Assembly (NCBI GenBank): GCA_964407485.1 | Contig: CAYOVQ010000001.1 | Span: forward strand, 1-37,213 | Direction: 5' to 3' | Length of the DNA stretch: 37,213 bases | From: an uncultured Ruminococcus sp. | GTDB lineage: Bacteria > Bacillota > Clostridia > Oscillospirales > Acutalibacteraceae | Part shown: positions 1 through 9,516 of the stretch, piece by piece | Layout of the letters: each line of letters begins with the position of its first letter | How positions within the stretch are numbered: the first letter of the stretch is position 1 | The notes under the pieces: generated by a model | What the model saw: only the letters and a program-made list of their open reading frames with translations | Database searches by the model: none | What the model was told of the DNA's origin: nothing | Made by a program: the position numbers and the translations under genes

Positions 1-1364
1 CCGTTAAAGGACTTGGCGATTTCCTCTAACTTTTCAAGACGCTTGATGTAACTTTCAATGTTTTCACGGCGTGCGCCTGGGCGAGCAGCCGAAATAGCGT
101 CTGCCGCCTGAACGATGCAGGCGATAACGGTTTTAGCCTCAACATCGCCGTGGTGAGCGTGAATTGCGTGAACAACTGTCTCACTCTCGCGGTATTTTTT
201 AGCCGCTTCAACACCTAATTGAATATGTGAGCCCTCTTGCTCGTGGTCAATCGCTTTTCCGATATCGTGAAGCAGACCTGCTCTCTTCGCCATAGTAACA
301 TCTACACCAAGTTCTGCCGCGATAAGACCTGAAAGGTAACAAACCTCAAGTGAGTGGTTAAGCACATTCTGACCGTAACTTGTACGGAAATGCAAACGGC
401 CGAGAAGTTTGACAAGTTCGGGGTGCAGATTGTGCACGCCGCTATCCACCATAGCGCGTTCGCCCTGTTGTTTGATTATAGCCTCTACCTCGGCAGTAGC
501 CTTGGCAACGGTCTCCTCAATTCTTGCAGGATGAATACGTCCGTCAACAATAAGTTTTTCAAGTGTTACACGCGCAATTTCACGGCGAATGGGTTCAAAA
601 CTTGATACTGTGATTGCCTCGGGTGTGTCATCGATAATAAGGTCAACACCAGTTGCATTTTCAATAGCACGGATATTTCTACCCTCTCGACCGATGATAC
701 GACCTTTCATCTCATCGTTAGGCAACGGCACAACAGAAATCGTAATTTCTGAAGAATGGTCTGCGGCACAACGCTGAATTGCGTGGGCAATAACTTCACG
801 CGCAAGTTTGTCAGACTCTTCACGGGTCTGTTGCTCGTATTCCATAATCTTTACGGCTTTTTCGTGAGTTAATTCACCCTCAAGCATCTGTAAAAGATTA
901 GCCTTTGCCTGCTCTTTAGAAAGACCTGAAATTTTTTCAAGCATTTCAAGTTGACTGCGTTTAAGTTGCTCACATTCTTCGATTTTTGCATCGATCTGAC
1001 GCGCCTTTTCGGCAAGTTTTTCTTCTTTTGCCTCAAGATTGTCGGTCTTGCGGTCAAGTGTTTCTTCTTTTTGCTGAATTCTGTGTTCTTGTCTTTGTAC
1101 CTCTGATCTCCTCTCACGAAGATCTTTTTCGGTATCCTGACGAAGTTGATGAATTTCTTCTTTTGCTTCAAGAAGAGCCTCTTTTTTTCGGGTTTCGGCA
1201 GTTTTCATAGCATCGTTTAAAATGCGTTTTGCCTCGGTTTCGGCAGAGCCGATGGTTTTTTCAGCAGACTTGCGACGAAACGCAGAACCTGTAAAAAAGC
1301 CGATAACACAAAGCACTATTGCAACTGCGGCGAAAACAACATAAAAAATTGGATTATCGGGCAT
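1..1364 (-). CDS. rny: Ribonuclease Y, N-terminal ~454 codons (C-terminus lies beyond the left window edge)
   Basis: The minus-strand frame stays open to position 1, so it is absent from the ORF track. ATG at 1364-1362 is preceded by RBS AAAGGAGGGA (complement of 1371-1380). The translation shows an N-terminal TM helix, a Lys/Glu-rich coiled coil, KH motif [13 protein letters not shown] and HD motif LLHDIGKA. Confidence 0.95.
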   Translation of the reverse strand, partial: MPDNPIFYVVFAAVAIVLCVIGFFTGSAFRRKSAEKTIGSAETEAKRILNDAMKTAETRKKEALLEAKEEIHQLRQDTEKDLRERRSEVQRQEHRIQQKEETLDRKTDNLEAKEEKLAEKARQIDAKIEECEQLKRSQLEMLEKISGLSKEQAKANLLQMLEGELTHEKAVKIMEYEQQTREESDKLAREVIAHAIQRCAADHSSEITISVVPLPNDEMKGRIIGREGRNIRAIENATGVDLIIDDTPEAITVSSFEPIRREIARVTLEKLIVDGRIHPARIEETVAKATAEVEAIIKQQGERAMVDSGVHNLHPELVKLLGRLHFRTSYGQNVLNHSLEVCYLSGLIAAELGVDVTMAKRAGLLHDIGKAIDHEQEGSHIQLGVEAAKKYRESETVVHAIHAHHGDVEAKTVIACIVQAADAISAARPGARRENIESYIKRLEKLEEIAKSFN

Positions 1365-1520
1365 TAAAATTCCCTCCTTTATATAATAAAGCGATTTTAC
1401 AGAACACATAAAATAAACTTCTGTCGGGGATCGCTGTTTTAAGCCCCGTGTCAATAAATATTAGGGTATTGGTAAATTTCGCCAAAATTTTCACCAATAC
1501 AAACTAAACTTATCTACATA

Positions 1521-1549
1521 ATTTTACCACTATATTTATGCTCTGTCAA
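1521..1549 (-). promoter_or_regulatory. Sigma-A-type promoter upstream of rny
   Basis: Read on the minus strand: TTGACA (1549-1544), 17 nt, TAAAAT (1526-1521), with TGg immediately 5' of the -10. It lies about 150 nt upstream of the rny ATG. Confidence 0.45.
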
Positions 1550-1603
1550 GAAAAAATGCCGTTTATATTGTATTTACATACACAAAAACGACATTTTTTT
1601 ATT

Positions 1604-2638
1604 TTAAATAAAGTAATATGACATATCCCAACACGGCAAACACTCAAAATGGCGCAGATAAATTTTGTAATCGTTACGCATTTTTAAAACTGCTTGCGGC
1701 AAAACAAACAAATCTTCACTTCGGTGGTAGGCGGCTATTTGCATTTTTGGTTTATATTGACTTATGGTGTTAATACCACCGTTTATCGCAGCAAGTTCAG
1801 CGCCCTCAATATCCATTTTTATATAGGTGGGTATGCCACTGTTTGCGAGTGTATCTACAGTAACCGATGTTATTGCTTCGCTTCCCTGCCCCGCATTTGA
1901 GCCGCGCGAACCGTTCATATTAAAAGCAGTTTCTCCGTCAATGCTACCGATGCAAGCGTTTATATTTGTAATTTTTTTAACATCAGCCGTAGCAAGACAC
2001 AGTTTGTTATAGGTCTTTTTATCAGGCTCTACGGCGATTATTTTGTTGTAGTCGCTCACCTTTGACAAAAATTCTTCTACCGTGTCTCCCCTATATGCGC
2101 CAAGGTCAAAATAGATTTCGTTGTTGTTAAATTTTAATATAGTATCATAAACTTCATTTGCGGGTGTCTGGCAGTCAAAAAGATAGTCAATTTTGCCCGT
2201 TAGTTTGTACATAACTGCGTTTTCAAAAACCTTTTTAGACACATCATCGGCAAGGCATTTATAGATTTTTTCTAGTTGCTCTTTATTATCAAGCGCATAT
2301 TCCATATTAAAAAGCGTATCGCCGTACACAGCCACATCGGGCGCATATAACTCTTGTTCGCCTGCTATGCGTTTTATATTCGCAATAACATCGGGCAATC
2401 CCGAACCAAAGCAAACAAGTACTATCATATCGCCAAAGATCTCTTTTGCGGTAGCGTAGTCTGTCACGGCAAAGCCGTGAAAAGTTTTTTTGCGCACAAA
2501 ACCGTCGGATGCAAAAACACCCGATGTTTTTATATCATATTTATTAAGCACGGATATAATCTTATCCGCGCCGTTGCCCATGCCGTAAAGCACAATGGGT
2601 TTTGTTGTCTCTTTTAAGTATGTCCATAAATCTTTCAT
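1604..2638 (-). CDS. FkbM-family methyltransferase with N-terminal Rossmann-like domain
   Basis: ORF 1604..2677; the likely start is the internal ATG at 2638 (MKDLWTYLKE...). The C-terminal half (FDLGAYRGDT, AVEPD, FNMNGSRGSNAG, IKMDIEGAE) matches the SAM-methyltransferase FkbM pattern as I recall it. Confidence 0.7.
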   Translation of the reverse strand: MKDLWTYLKETTKPIVLYGMGNGADKIISVLNKYDIKTSGVFASDGFVRKKTFHGFAVTDYATAKEIFGDMIVLVCFGSGLPDVIANIKRIAGEQELYAPDVAVYGDTLFNMEYALDNKEQLEKIYKCLADDVSKKVFENAVMYKLTGKIDYLFDCQTPANEVYDTILKFNNNEIYFDLGAYRGDTVEEFLSKVSDYNKIIAVEPDKKTYNKLCLATADVKKITNINACIGSIDGETAFNMNGSRGSNAGQGSEAITSVTVDTLANSGIPTYIKMDIEGAELAAINGGINTISQYKPKMQIAAYHRSEDLFVLPQAVLKMRNDYKIYLRHFECLPCWDMSYYFI

Positions 2639-2644
2639 AATTAA

Positions 2645-2673
2645 ATTATACCTTATAAAAGAAATTTTTACAA
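2645..2673 (-). promoter_or_regulatory. Promoter whose -10 box ends 6 nt before the FkbM-gene ATG (candidate leaderless transcript)
   Basis: Minus strand: TTGTAA (2673-2668), 17 nt, TATAAT (2650-2645), then ttaatt and ATG (2638). No Shine-Dalgarno is visible for either candidate start. Confidence 0.35.
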
Positions 2674-2681
2674 GCAAGTTG

Positions 2682-2710
2682 TAGACAAAACTAAAATTAT
2701 TTGGTATATT
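2682..2710 (+). promoter_or_regulatory. Sigma-A-type promoter for rhaB
   Basis: TAGACA (2682-2687), 17 nt, TATATT (2705-2710), with extended -10 TGg. It sits back-to-back with the divergent promoter at 2645..2673. Confidence 0.4.
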
Positions 2711-2742
2711 TAATAGGTAATAAATTTAACGGAGGGTGCTTT

Positions 2743-4209
2743 ATGAAAAAAGTTCTCGCTTTTGACTTTGGTGCTTCAAGCGGTCGCGCTATGCTTGCTT
2801 CCCTTGAAGACGGCAAAATAGTAATGAAAGAAATTCACCGTTTCGCTAACGACCCTGTCGTAGTTCGCGGCAGTATGTATTGGGACGTGCTTCGTCTTTT
2901 CTTTGAGATTAAGTCAGGCATTACCAAGGCTGTAAACGAGGGCGGTTTTGACGCTATCAGTATTGATACCTGGGGTGTTGATTTTGGACTTCTTGACAAA
3001 AACGGCAGACTGCTCGCCAACCCCTATCACTACCGTGACAGCAGAACACACTCTATACCCGAAAAGGTTTTTGAGATTATCTCTAAAGATGAACTTTACA
3101 GCAAAGCGGGTTTGCAGTTTATACACTTTAACACCATTTATCAACTTATGTACCTCAAATTCAACGAGTCAGATATGCTCGAACGCGCTGACAAAATGCT
3201 TATGATGCCCGACTTGTTCGGTTATATGCTCACAGGTGAAATGAAAGAAGAGGCAACCATCGCTTCTACCTCTAACCTGCTTAATCCCTACACAAAGGAT
3301 TGGAATTTTGAACTTATTGAGCAGTTAGGTTTGCCAAAATCTATTTTTGCGCCAATTACAAAACCAGGCAGCGTTTATGGGCTTCTTTCGGATGAAATCT
3401 GCGAAGAATTAGGTTGCGATAAGGTGCCTGTAATTGCAGTTGCATCTCACGATACTGCGTCGGCTGTTGCGGCAACACCCAGTGAGCGCGACGACTTTGT
3501 ATACATTAGTTGCGGCACATGGAGTCTTTTTGGTATTGAGAGTAAAACACCGATTTTGACCGCAGAGGCTGCAAAGGCAGACTTTACCAACGAGGGCGGA
3601 TTCGAAGATACGACACGTTTTCTTAAAAATATTATGGGTCTGTGGCTTATTCAGGAGTCACGCCGTCAGTTCCGCCGCGAAGGTGAAGAAGTTGGCTTTG
3701 ATGTGCTTGAAAAAGAGGCTCTTGCCTCCGAACCATTTAAATGCTTTATAAATGTAGACGACCCTGCATTTGAACCCGCGGGCAACCTGCCACGCAGAGT
3801 AAAAGAATACTGTGAAAAAACAGGTCAATACGTACCGCAAACACGCGGTGAGGTTATGCGCTGTATCTACCAAAGCCTTGCTATGAAATACAAGTACACC
3901 TTTAATGCGTTGAATAATATAGGTGAAAAGAAATACCACAGCATCAATATTTTAGGCGGCGGTATTAAAGATAGACTGCTTTGCCAGATGACAAGTGACG
4001 CTTGCAACGTGCCTGTTTTGGCAGGACCTACCGAAGCCACCGTTATGGGTAACATAGGTGTCGCATTTAACGCCTTGGGTGAGATTGCCGACTTTACCGA
4101 ACTGCGTAAGGTTGTATCAAACTCGACCGAAATCAAAACCTATACACCAAATGATAACGACGCATGGGAAAAGGCTTATGTTGATTATCTTAAGGCTACA
4201 GGACTTTAA
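2743..4209 (+). CDS. rhaB: Rhamnulokinase (FGGY carbohydrate kinase family)
   Basis: ATG at 2743 follows RBS GGAGGG. Motif blocks FDFGASSGRAML, EIHRF, IDTWGVDFGLLD, YRDSRT, GLQFIHFNTIYQL, MMPDLFGYMLTG, ASHDTASAV, CGTWSLFG and LKNIMGLWLIQE line up with E. coli RhaB as I remember it. Confidence 0.88.
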   Translation: MKKVLAFDFGASSGRAMLASLEDGKIVMKEIHRFANDPVVVRGSMYWDVLRLFFEIKSGITKAVNEGGFDAISIDTWGVDFGLLDKNGRLLANPYHYRDSRTHSIPEKVFEIISKDELYSKAGLQFIHFNTIYQLMYLKFNESDMLERADKMLMMPDLFGYMLTGEMKEEATIASTSNLLNPYTKDWNFELIEQLGLPKSIFAPITKPGSVYGLLSDEICEELGCDKVPVIAVASHDTASAVAATPSERDDFVYISCGTWSLFGIESKTPILTAEAAKADFTNEGGFEDTTRFLKNIMGLWLIQESRRQFRREGEEVGFDVLEKEALASEPFKCFINVDDPAFEPAGNLPRRVKEYCEKTGQYVPQTRGEVMRCIYQSLAMKYKYTFNALNNIGEKKYHSINILGGGIKDRLLCQMTSDACNVPVLAGPTEATVMGNIGVAFNALGEIADFTELRKVVSNSTEIKTYTPNDNDAWEKAYVDYLKATGL

Positions 4210-4237
4210 TTAATTTACAATTTATAACTCACGAAAA

Positions 4238-4271
4238 AACATCTCAAATGACATATGTCATTTGAGATGTT
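4238..4271. terminator. Bidirectional intrinsic terminator between convergent rhaB and the SGNH hydrolase gene
   Basis: Perfect 34-nt palindrome aacatctcaaatgacat/atgtcatttgagatgtt, with an A-run on the left and a T-rich stretch on the right. Confidence 0.65.
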
Positions 4272-4278
4272 CATATTT

Positions 4279-4920
4279 TCATATACATATTAATTTTTCT
4301 GCCAAATTCTTACCTATTATCCCGTGTGCAGGCGGAGATGGGTGTAATCCGTCAAATAAAAGTTCTTTTAAATTCTCGGTATCTTTATTTAGTCCTAAAG
4401 CCAGACCGTCTATTACATAAAAACCGAATTTATTATGTGCAATTTGCACTATTGCGTCACGGTAATCCTGCAAGGTGTTGCCGTTTTTATTTTTGTCGCA
4501 CACGCGGTACAGCGGTGTAATAAACACAATTGTTTTACCGCTGTATTTTTGGGCAAGTCCCTCACACAAAATATTAAGCGCACCGTAAAAAGTGTTCTCA
4601 TACATATCATTTGGGTTGCCTAATTTTACATCGGTGCCAAAATCGTTTGTTCCACCCAGCACACAAACAAGGTCGGCATCGTCCATATTCATATAGCGTT
4701 TTATAAACGCAAGGTCGGGCAGTTGCACGGTATCAGGGCAGATGCATGTGCCTGAAATACCGTAGTTTTTGATATTTGCACCCAATATTTGACACGCTAC
4801 ATCGCAGTATTTTGTATCCATCTCATGCCACTCGAATTCACCATTAGGGGTTGCGGTATAATATATACCCTGTGTAATCGAGTCGCCTAAAAAGACGGCT
4901 GTTTTGCCTTGCAAATCCAT
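4279..4920 (-). CDS. SGNH/GDSL-family hydrolase (esterase)
   Basis: Block I is FLGDSITQG, block III is GGTNDF, and block V is DGLHPS (D-x-x-H). RBS AAAGGTGA lies upstream of the ATG at 4920. Confidence 0.8.
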   Translation of the reverse strand: MDLQGKTAVFLGDSITQGIYYTATPNGEFEWHEMDTKYCDVACQILGANIKNYGISGTCICPDTVQLPDLAFIKRYMNMDDADLVCVLGGTNDFGTDVKLGNPNDMYENTFYGALNILCEGLAQKYSGKTIVFITPLYRVCDKNKNGNTLQDYRDAIVQIAHNKFGFYVIDGLALGLNKDTENLKELLFDGLHPSPPAHGIIGKNLAEKLICI

Positions 4921-4930
4921 CTTATCACCT

Positions 4931-5656
4931 TTAATAATGTTTTTCTATAAACTCTATAAGTGGGGTATTATCTTCTAAGCCGTGAGGATGGTGGTCGCCG
5001 CCCTCTTTTAATATCAGTTCAATATTACCACCGTGCGCTTTAAAATAATCATACAGCAGTTGTCCGTTTTCACAAAACGGCACGGTCTTATCGCTGTCAC
5101 CGCTTACCAAAAATATCGGTACGTCCGATTTTAAAAGCGCTTCCTTTTGGTCTATGGGGTGATTTCTGAAATTTAACATCTGCGATAAATCAAGTCCCAT
5201 ATTGCTGATAAATTCCGTCGGCGCGTCATTCTGACCTACACCTAACGCAAAAGGCCAACTTAAATAGTTCATAACAGGCGCGTCAAGGTAAGCACAAGCC
5301 ACATACTGCGGATACTTAGCGGCAAAATATACCGCCTGCATACCGCCGCAACTCATACCAACAAGCGCACACTTTTTGTTAAGCCCGAACTGCTCACTTA
5401 AAAATTCGCAAAAACGCGGGCGGGCATCGGTATCCTCTACAGGACACATACGGGTTTTGTTTTTCATATGCGCTACGTGATAACCTTTTTTAATCATCGC
5501 AATTTCAAGCGCAGGAAAAGCATCAAAGTATTCGGTTTTATAAAGTCACTTATTGCCATCGCACGCAACCTCGGGACAAATCAAGATACAGTCACGGTCT
5601 TCAAACTGAAAATCAAGTCTTTTAAAGCCGTTCCAAACACTTTCAGTAATATTCAT
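4931..5656 (-). pseudogene. Alpha/beta-hydrolase gene (241 codons) interrupted by one in-frame TGA at 5548-5546
   Basis: ATG at 5656-5654 lies 2 nt after the galK stop. There are 36 sense codons (MNITESVWNGFKRLDFQFEDRDCILICPEVACDGNK), then TGA, and the same frame continues LYKTEYFDAFPALEIAMIKKGYH... to the stop at 4931. The nucleophile elbow GMSCGG, an Asp in SGDSDK and a His in GGDHHPHG are intact downstream. Confidence 0.7.
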
Positions 5657-5658
5657 AA

Positions 5659-6936
5659 TTATTCACCCTTTAATTCATAACCGCCAACCGAGCGAACAAA
5701 CAATTTTACACAAGTATTTTTGCCAAATACGGTTTCAATTGTCTTTTTGTAGGTTTCAAACATTTTGTTTGGAATATAGCACTGAACAGTACCCGCAAAA
5801 CCGCCACCGTGAACACGGTATGCGCCTCTGCCGTTTAAAAATTGTTTTGTGACAGCCAAAGCCAATGTTATCGCCTGCTCGCGAGGATTTGACGGCGAAT
5901 ATACGTTTTGAAGCAGGTCGTAAGAAGACTCTCCCGAGCGCTTAACTGTAACAAAAAACGTATTAAAGTCACCTCGTTTTAGTGCCGCTTTTTGTGTAAG
6001 CACTCGACGGTTTTCATTAAACACGTGCATAGCGCGAAGTATTGCGCGGTCACCGCATTTTTTGCGGATAGCAGCAAGGTTTTGGTAAAATTCATCCTCG
6101 TCTGCATCGCGTAAAAACTCTACACCTAAACACTCGCTTACCGCTTTACATTCAAGTGTGATATCTGCATAATCACCTGTTAAATTTGCGTGACTTCCGC
6201 CCGTATCAACAACACAAAGGGTATGACCCGACTCGTTCAAGTCAAGGTTTATCTTTTCTACAATCGGATTTTGCGGGTCGCAAAAATCAGCGTATGTAAA
6301 ACCGCCCACGCTTGACGCCATTTGGTCAAGTAGACCGCACGGCTTGCCAAAATACTCACGTTCGGCAAACTGCGAATATTTTGCGATGGTGACGGCATCA
6401 ACCGATGCATTATTATAAAGGCCGTTTACAATGTTTGACACAAGCACCTCAAATGCCGCTGATGACGAAAGACCCGAACCTTTAAGTACGTCAGATGTGG
6501 TGTAAGCATCAAATCCGTCGACAGTGTGTCCGTTTTTCTTAAATGCCGCAAGCACACCACGTATAAGCGAACGCGCCCTGCCCTTTTCATCCTCCTTAAT
6601 GTCAAGGTCATTTACGTCAAGTTCGTCCATTTTGTAACCTTTAGATTTTATGCGAACGATACCTTCGTCATTTGCAGATGCAACCGCGATAACATCAAGG
6701 TTAACGCTACCAGCAAGCACAAGTCCATGCTGGTGGTCGGTATGGTTACCGCCTATTTCGGTGCGACCGGGCGCTGAAAAAAGACGAACATTATCACGCT
6801 CGCCGTAAAGATTTACAAATTCGTCAACGGCATCAAGATAGCGACTTTTTGCAGTATCAATCTCACCGTAAAGCAGTGTGAAATCCTTATCGAATTTTCC
6901 GTTTTTTATGCTTTGTTTTAATTCAGCAATATTCAT
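5659..6936 (-). CDS. galK: Galactokinase (GHMP kinase)
   Basis: Galactokinase signature GRTEIGGNHTDHQHG and GHMP ATP motif GSGLSSSAAFEV. The start is taken as ATG 6936 (MNIAELKQSI...). TTG 6975 and ATG 6963 are alternatives, and none has a strong RBS. Confidence 0.88.
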   Translation of the reverse strand: MNIAELKQSIKNGKFDKDFTLLYGEIDTAKSRYLDAVDEFVNLYGERDNVRLFSAPGRTEIGGNHTDHQHGLVLAGSVNLDVIAVASANDEGIVRIKSKGYKMDELDVNDLDIKEDEKGRARSLIRGVLAAFKKNGHTVDGFDAYTTSDVLKGSGLSSSAAFEVLVSNIVNGLYNNASVDAVTIAKYSQFAEREYFGKPCGLLDQMASSVGGFTYADFCDPQNPIVEKINLDLNESGHTLCVVDTGGSHANLTGDYADITLECKAVSECLGVEFLRDADEDEFYQNLAAIRKKCGDRAILRAMHVFNENRRVLTQKAALKRGDFNTFFVTVKRSGESSYDLLQNVYSPSNPREQAITLALAVTKQFLNGRGAYRVHGGGFAGTVQCYIPNKMFETYKKTIETVFGKNTCVKLFVRSVGGYELKGE

Positions 6937-7009
6937 ACCATTAAAGAAAGCGAAAAATAACATCCCGCGATGCAATTTTTCGCTTATCCTTTCTATTTAA
7001 GTATTAAGA

Positions 7010-8209
7010 TTAAAGCGCCTCTACGATAGCCTTTGTATCGCGTGCGATTTTGAGTTCTTCATTTGTGGGTATAATATAAACGTTAACCTTACTGTCATCG
7101 GTAGAAATCTTGATTTCTTCGCCGTGAACGCGGTTTGCCTCTGTGTTAAGTTTAACACCGAGGTATGCAAGATTTTCGCAGATATATTCGCGAAGTTCTT
7201 CATCATTTTCACCGATACCGCCTGTAAACACGATGGTGTCAACACCGTTCATAGCGGCAATGTAAGAACCTACAAATTTAAGTATCTGATAGCGCTGCAT
7301 ATCAATAGCAAGTTGAGCGCGCTCGTTACCCTCTGCTGCGGCAGCGGCAACGTCACGATTGTCGTTAGATACACCCGAAACGCCCAAAACACCCGATTTT
7401 TTGTTGCAGATAGAATCGATATCTGCGAATGTTAGATTTTCTTTTTCGGCAATATATGTAAGGGTTGAGGGGTCAAGTGTACCGCAACGTGTACCCATCA
7501 TAAAACCGTCAAGAGGTGTAAAGCCCATTGACGTATCAATGCAGACACCGTCTTTTATAGCGCTGATTGAGCAACCGTTACCAAGGTGGCAGGTGATAAT
7601 CTTAAGGTCTTTTTTGTCCTTACCTTCAAGAGCAGCGGCGCGGTCGCTTACAAAACTGTGTGATGTGCCGTGGAAACCATACTTACGAACACGGTATTTT
7701 TCATAGTATTCATAAGGCAAGGCATAAATGTAAGCCTGCGCTGGCATTGTCTGGTGGAAAGATGTATCAAACACGCCAACCTGTGGAATCTTGTCGCCAA
7801 AGGTCTTGGTGCAAGCCTCGATACCTAAAATGTTTGCAGGATTGTGAAGCGGTGCCATAACACTGCATTCTTTTACCTTTGCAATCATTTCATCGGTAAT
7901 AAGGGCAGATTTGTTAAATTCTTCTGCACCGTGAACAACACGGTGACCTATAGCGGTAACCTCATCAAGAGAGTCAATAACCTTTGCTTCACTCTTTGTC
8001 ATAGCGTAAACTACAGCCTCGAATGCTTCGCTGTGGGTAGGCATAGCGGTTTCTGCCTTGTATACTCTGCCGTCAGCGGCTTTGTGTGTGATAGCGCCTG
8101 TAACGCCTATACGCTCGCAAAGACCTTTTGCGAGAACCTGCTCATTGTCCATATCAATAAGTTGATACTTAAGTGATGAACTGCCTGCATTAACTACAAA
8201 TACTTTCAT
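7010..8209 (-). CDS. ackA: Acetate kinase
   Basis: MKVFVVNAGSSSLKYQL N-terminus, plus HRVVHGAE, GFHGTSH and FTGGIGEN motifs; 399 aa. Confidence 0.97.
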   Translation of the reverse strand: MKVFVVNAGSSSLKYQLIDMDNEQVLAKGLCERIGVTGAITHKAADGRVYKAETAMPTHSEAFEAVVYAMTKSEAKVIDSLDEVTAIGHRVVHGAEEFNKSALITDEMIAKVKECSVMAPLHNPANILGIEACTKTFGDKIPQVGVFDTSFHQTMPAQAYIYALPYEYYEKYRVRKYGFHGTSHSFVSDRAAALEGKDKKDLKIITCHLGNGCSISAIKDGVCIDTSMGFTPLDGFMMGTRCGTLDPSTLTYIAEKENLTFADIDSICNKKSGVLGVSGVSNDNRDVAAAAAEGNERAQLAIDMQRYQILKFVGSYIAAMNGVDTIVFTGGIGENDEELREYICENLAYLGVKLNTEANRVHGEEIKISTDDSKVNVYIIPTNEELKIARDTKAIVEAL

Positions 8210-8233
8210 TTTAGTTGCTCCTTAAAATAAATA

Positions 8234-8262
8234 TTGAAAGATAATTTTCTTTATGGTAAAAT
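8234..8262 (+). promoter_or_regulatory. Sigma-A-type promoter for tmcAL
   Basis: TTGAAA (8234-8239), 17 nt, TAAAAT (8257-8262), with extended -10 TGg. Confidence 0.4.
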
Positions 8263-8285
8263 ATTTCCATAAAACATACATTAAT

Positions 8286-8314
8286 ATAATACTTTATTAT
8301 TTTTGTTTTTTCAA
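8286..8314 (-). promoter_or_regulatory. Sigma-A-type promoter for ackA
   Basis: Minus strand: TTGAAA (8314-8309), 17 nt, TATTAT (8291-8286). Confidence 0.35.
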
Positions 8315-8340
8315 GTACTTTTGCAAAAAGAGGTGATTTT

Positions 8341-9516
8341 TTGTCAAGCATTGGTATTATTGCAGAATTTAACCCCCTGCATACAGGTCATAAACGCATT
8401 ATCGACCACGCGCACACTCTCGCCGATACGGTCGTGTGCGCTATAAGCGGCAACTTTGTACAGCGTGGTGACGTTGCAGTAATAAGCAAGCAACAACGCG
8501 CAAAATTTGCCCTGCTTTGCGGTGCTGACATAGTCGCCGAAATGCCTGTACTGTGGAGTATGTCAACCGCGCAGAATTTCGCTTTGGCAGGTGTTTGGCA
8601 GCTTTACAACCTTGGTTGCGACAAAATCATCTTTGGTAGCGAATGCGGAGATATTGATGCTTTAAAAAATGCCGCAGACGTGATTTACAGCGACGGCTTT
8701 TTTGATCTCGCTACACAAAAGGCGAGATCGGGTATCACCTTTGCCTCCGCGCGTGAACAGGCGGCAAGTGAATTAGGTGTTGATTTTACACTTTTACGCA
8801 ATCCTAACGATAATCTTGGTATTGAATATATATTAGCGGCAAAAAAACTTAATTTGCCGATCGAATTTCACTGTATAAAGCGTTTGGGCGCAGGTCACGA
8901 CAGTCAAGGTATTACCGACGGATATGTGTCGTCATCATATATAAGAGAAGAACTTTTAAAGGGCAATATCGGTTATACCGAACGTTTTATGCCGCGCGAA
9001 ATCAGAGGTATTATAAACCCCGAACACCTTGCCGATATAAAGCGTCTTGAAAATGCAATTCTTTGTGCTATGCGCACCAAAACGGTAGAGGAATTAAAAA
9101 ATCTGCCCGATATAAGCGAAGGACTGGAAAACAAAATTTATTTTTCGGCACGTGTTGCAACAAGTCTTGATGAACTTTATAATATGATAAAAACAAAACG
9201 GTATACACTCGCTCGCATCAGACGGCTTGTGTTGTCGGCATTTTTGAGTGTTGATAACCAGTTTTTTATGACCACCCCACCCTATGTACGCGTATTGGGA
9301 TTTAACGACAAGGGTTTATCACACCTAAAATCGCCGCAGGGCATAATACCCGTTATCACCCGAGCCGCACAAATCAAGGAATTGGATGCCGCCGCGCAAA
9401 AGATTTTTGAAACCGAATGTCGCGCCACCGATATATATAATCTTTCACTAAAAAAGCCGCTTGAATGCGGAACCGAACATAAAATGAAATTGCTTAAAAC
9501 GGAGGAACTGAAATGA
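8341..9516 (+). CDS. tmcAL: tRNA(Met) cytidine acetate ligase (YlbM/UPF0348 nucleotidyltransferase family)
   Basis: TTG start preceded by AGAGGTGA. N-terminus IIAEFNPLHTGHKRII (HxGH nucleotidyltransferase motif); ~390 aa, typical of the family. Confidence 0.8.
   Translation: MSSIGIIAEFNPLHTGHKRIIDHAHTLADTVVCAISGNFVQRGDVAVISKQQRAKFALLCGADIVAEMPVLWSMSTAQNFALAGVWQLYNLGCDKIIFGSECGDIDALKNAADVIYSDGFFDLATQKARSGITFASAREQAASELGVDFTLLRNPNDNLGIEYILAAKKLNLPIEFHCIKRLGAGHDSQGITDGYVSSSYIREELLKGNIGYTERFMPREIRGIINPEHLADIKRLENAILCAMRTKTVEELKNLPDISEGLENKIYFSARVATSLDELYNMIKTKRYTLARIRRLVLSAFLSVDNQFFMTTPPYVRVLGFNDKGLSHLKSPQGIIPVITRAAQIKELDAAAQKIFETECRATDIYNLSLKKPLECGTEHKMKLLKTEELK

Noticed and set aside
354-1210. 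Plus- and minus-strand ORFs of 62-100 aa (354..605, 589..777, 869..1171, 986..1210).
   Set aside because: All lie inside the rny coding region in other frames or on the other strand. The RNase Y frame explains the region completely.
5546-5548. The in-frame TGA could be evidence for genetic code 4 (TGA = Trp) or selenocysteine.
   Set aside because: TGA clearly terminates polA (27980-27982), tmcAL (9514-9516), the zinc-ribbon gene (17733-17735) and the RimI fusion. No SECIS-like hairpin is evident downstream, and the family is not a selenoprotein family to my knowledge.
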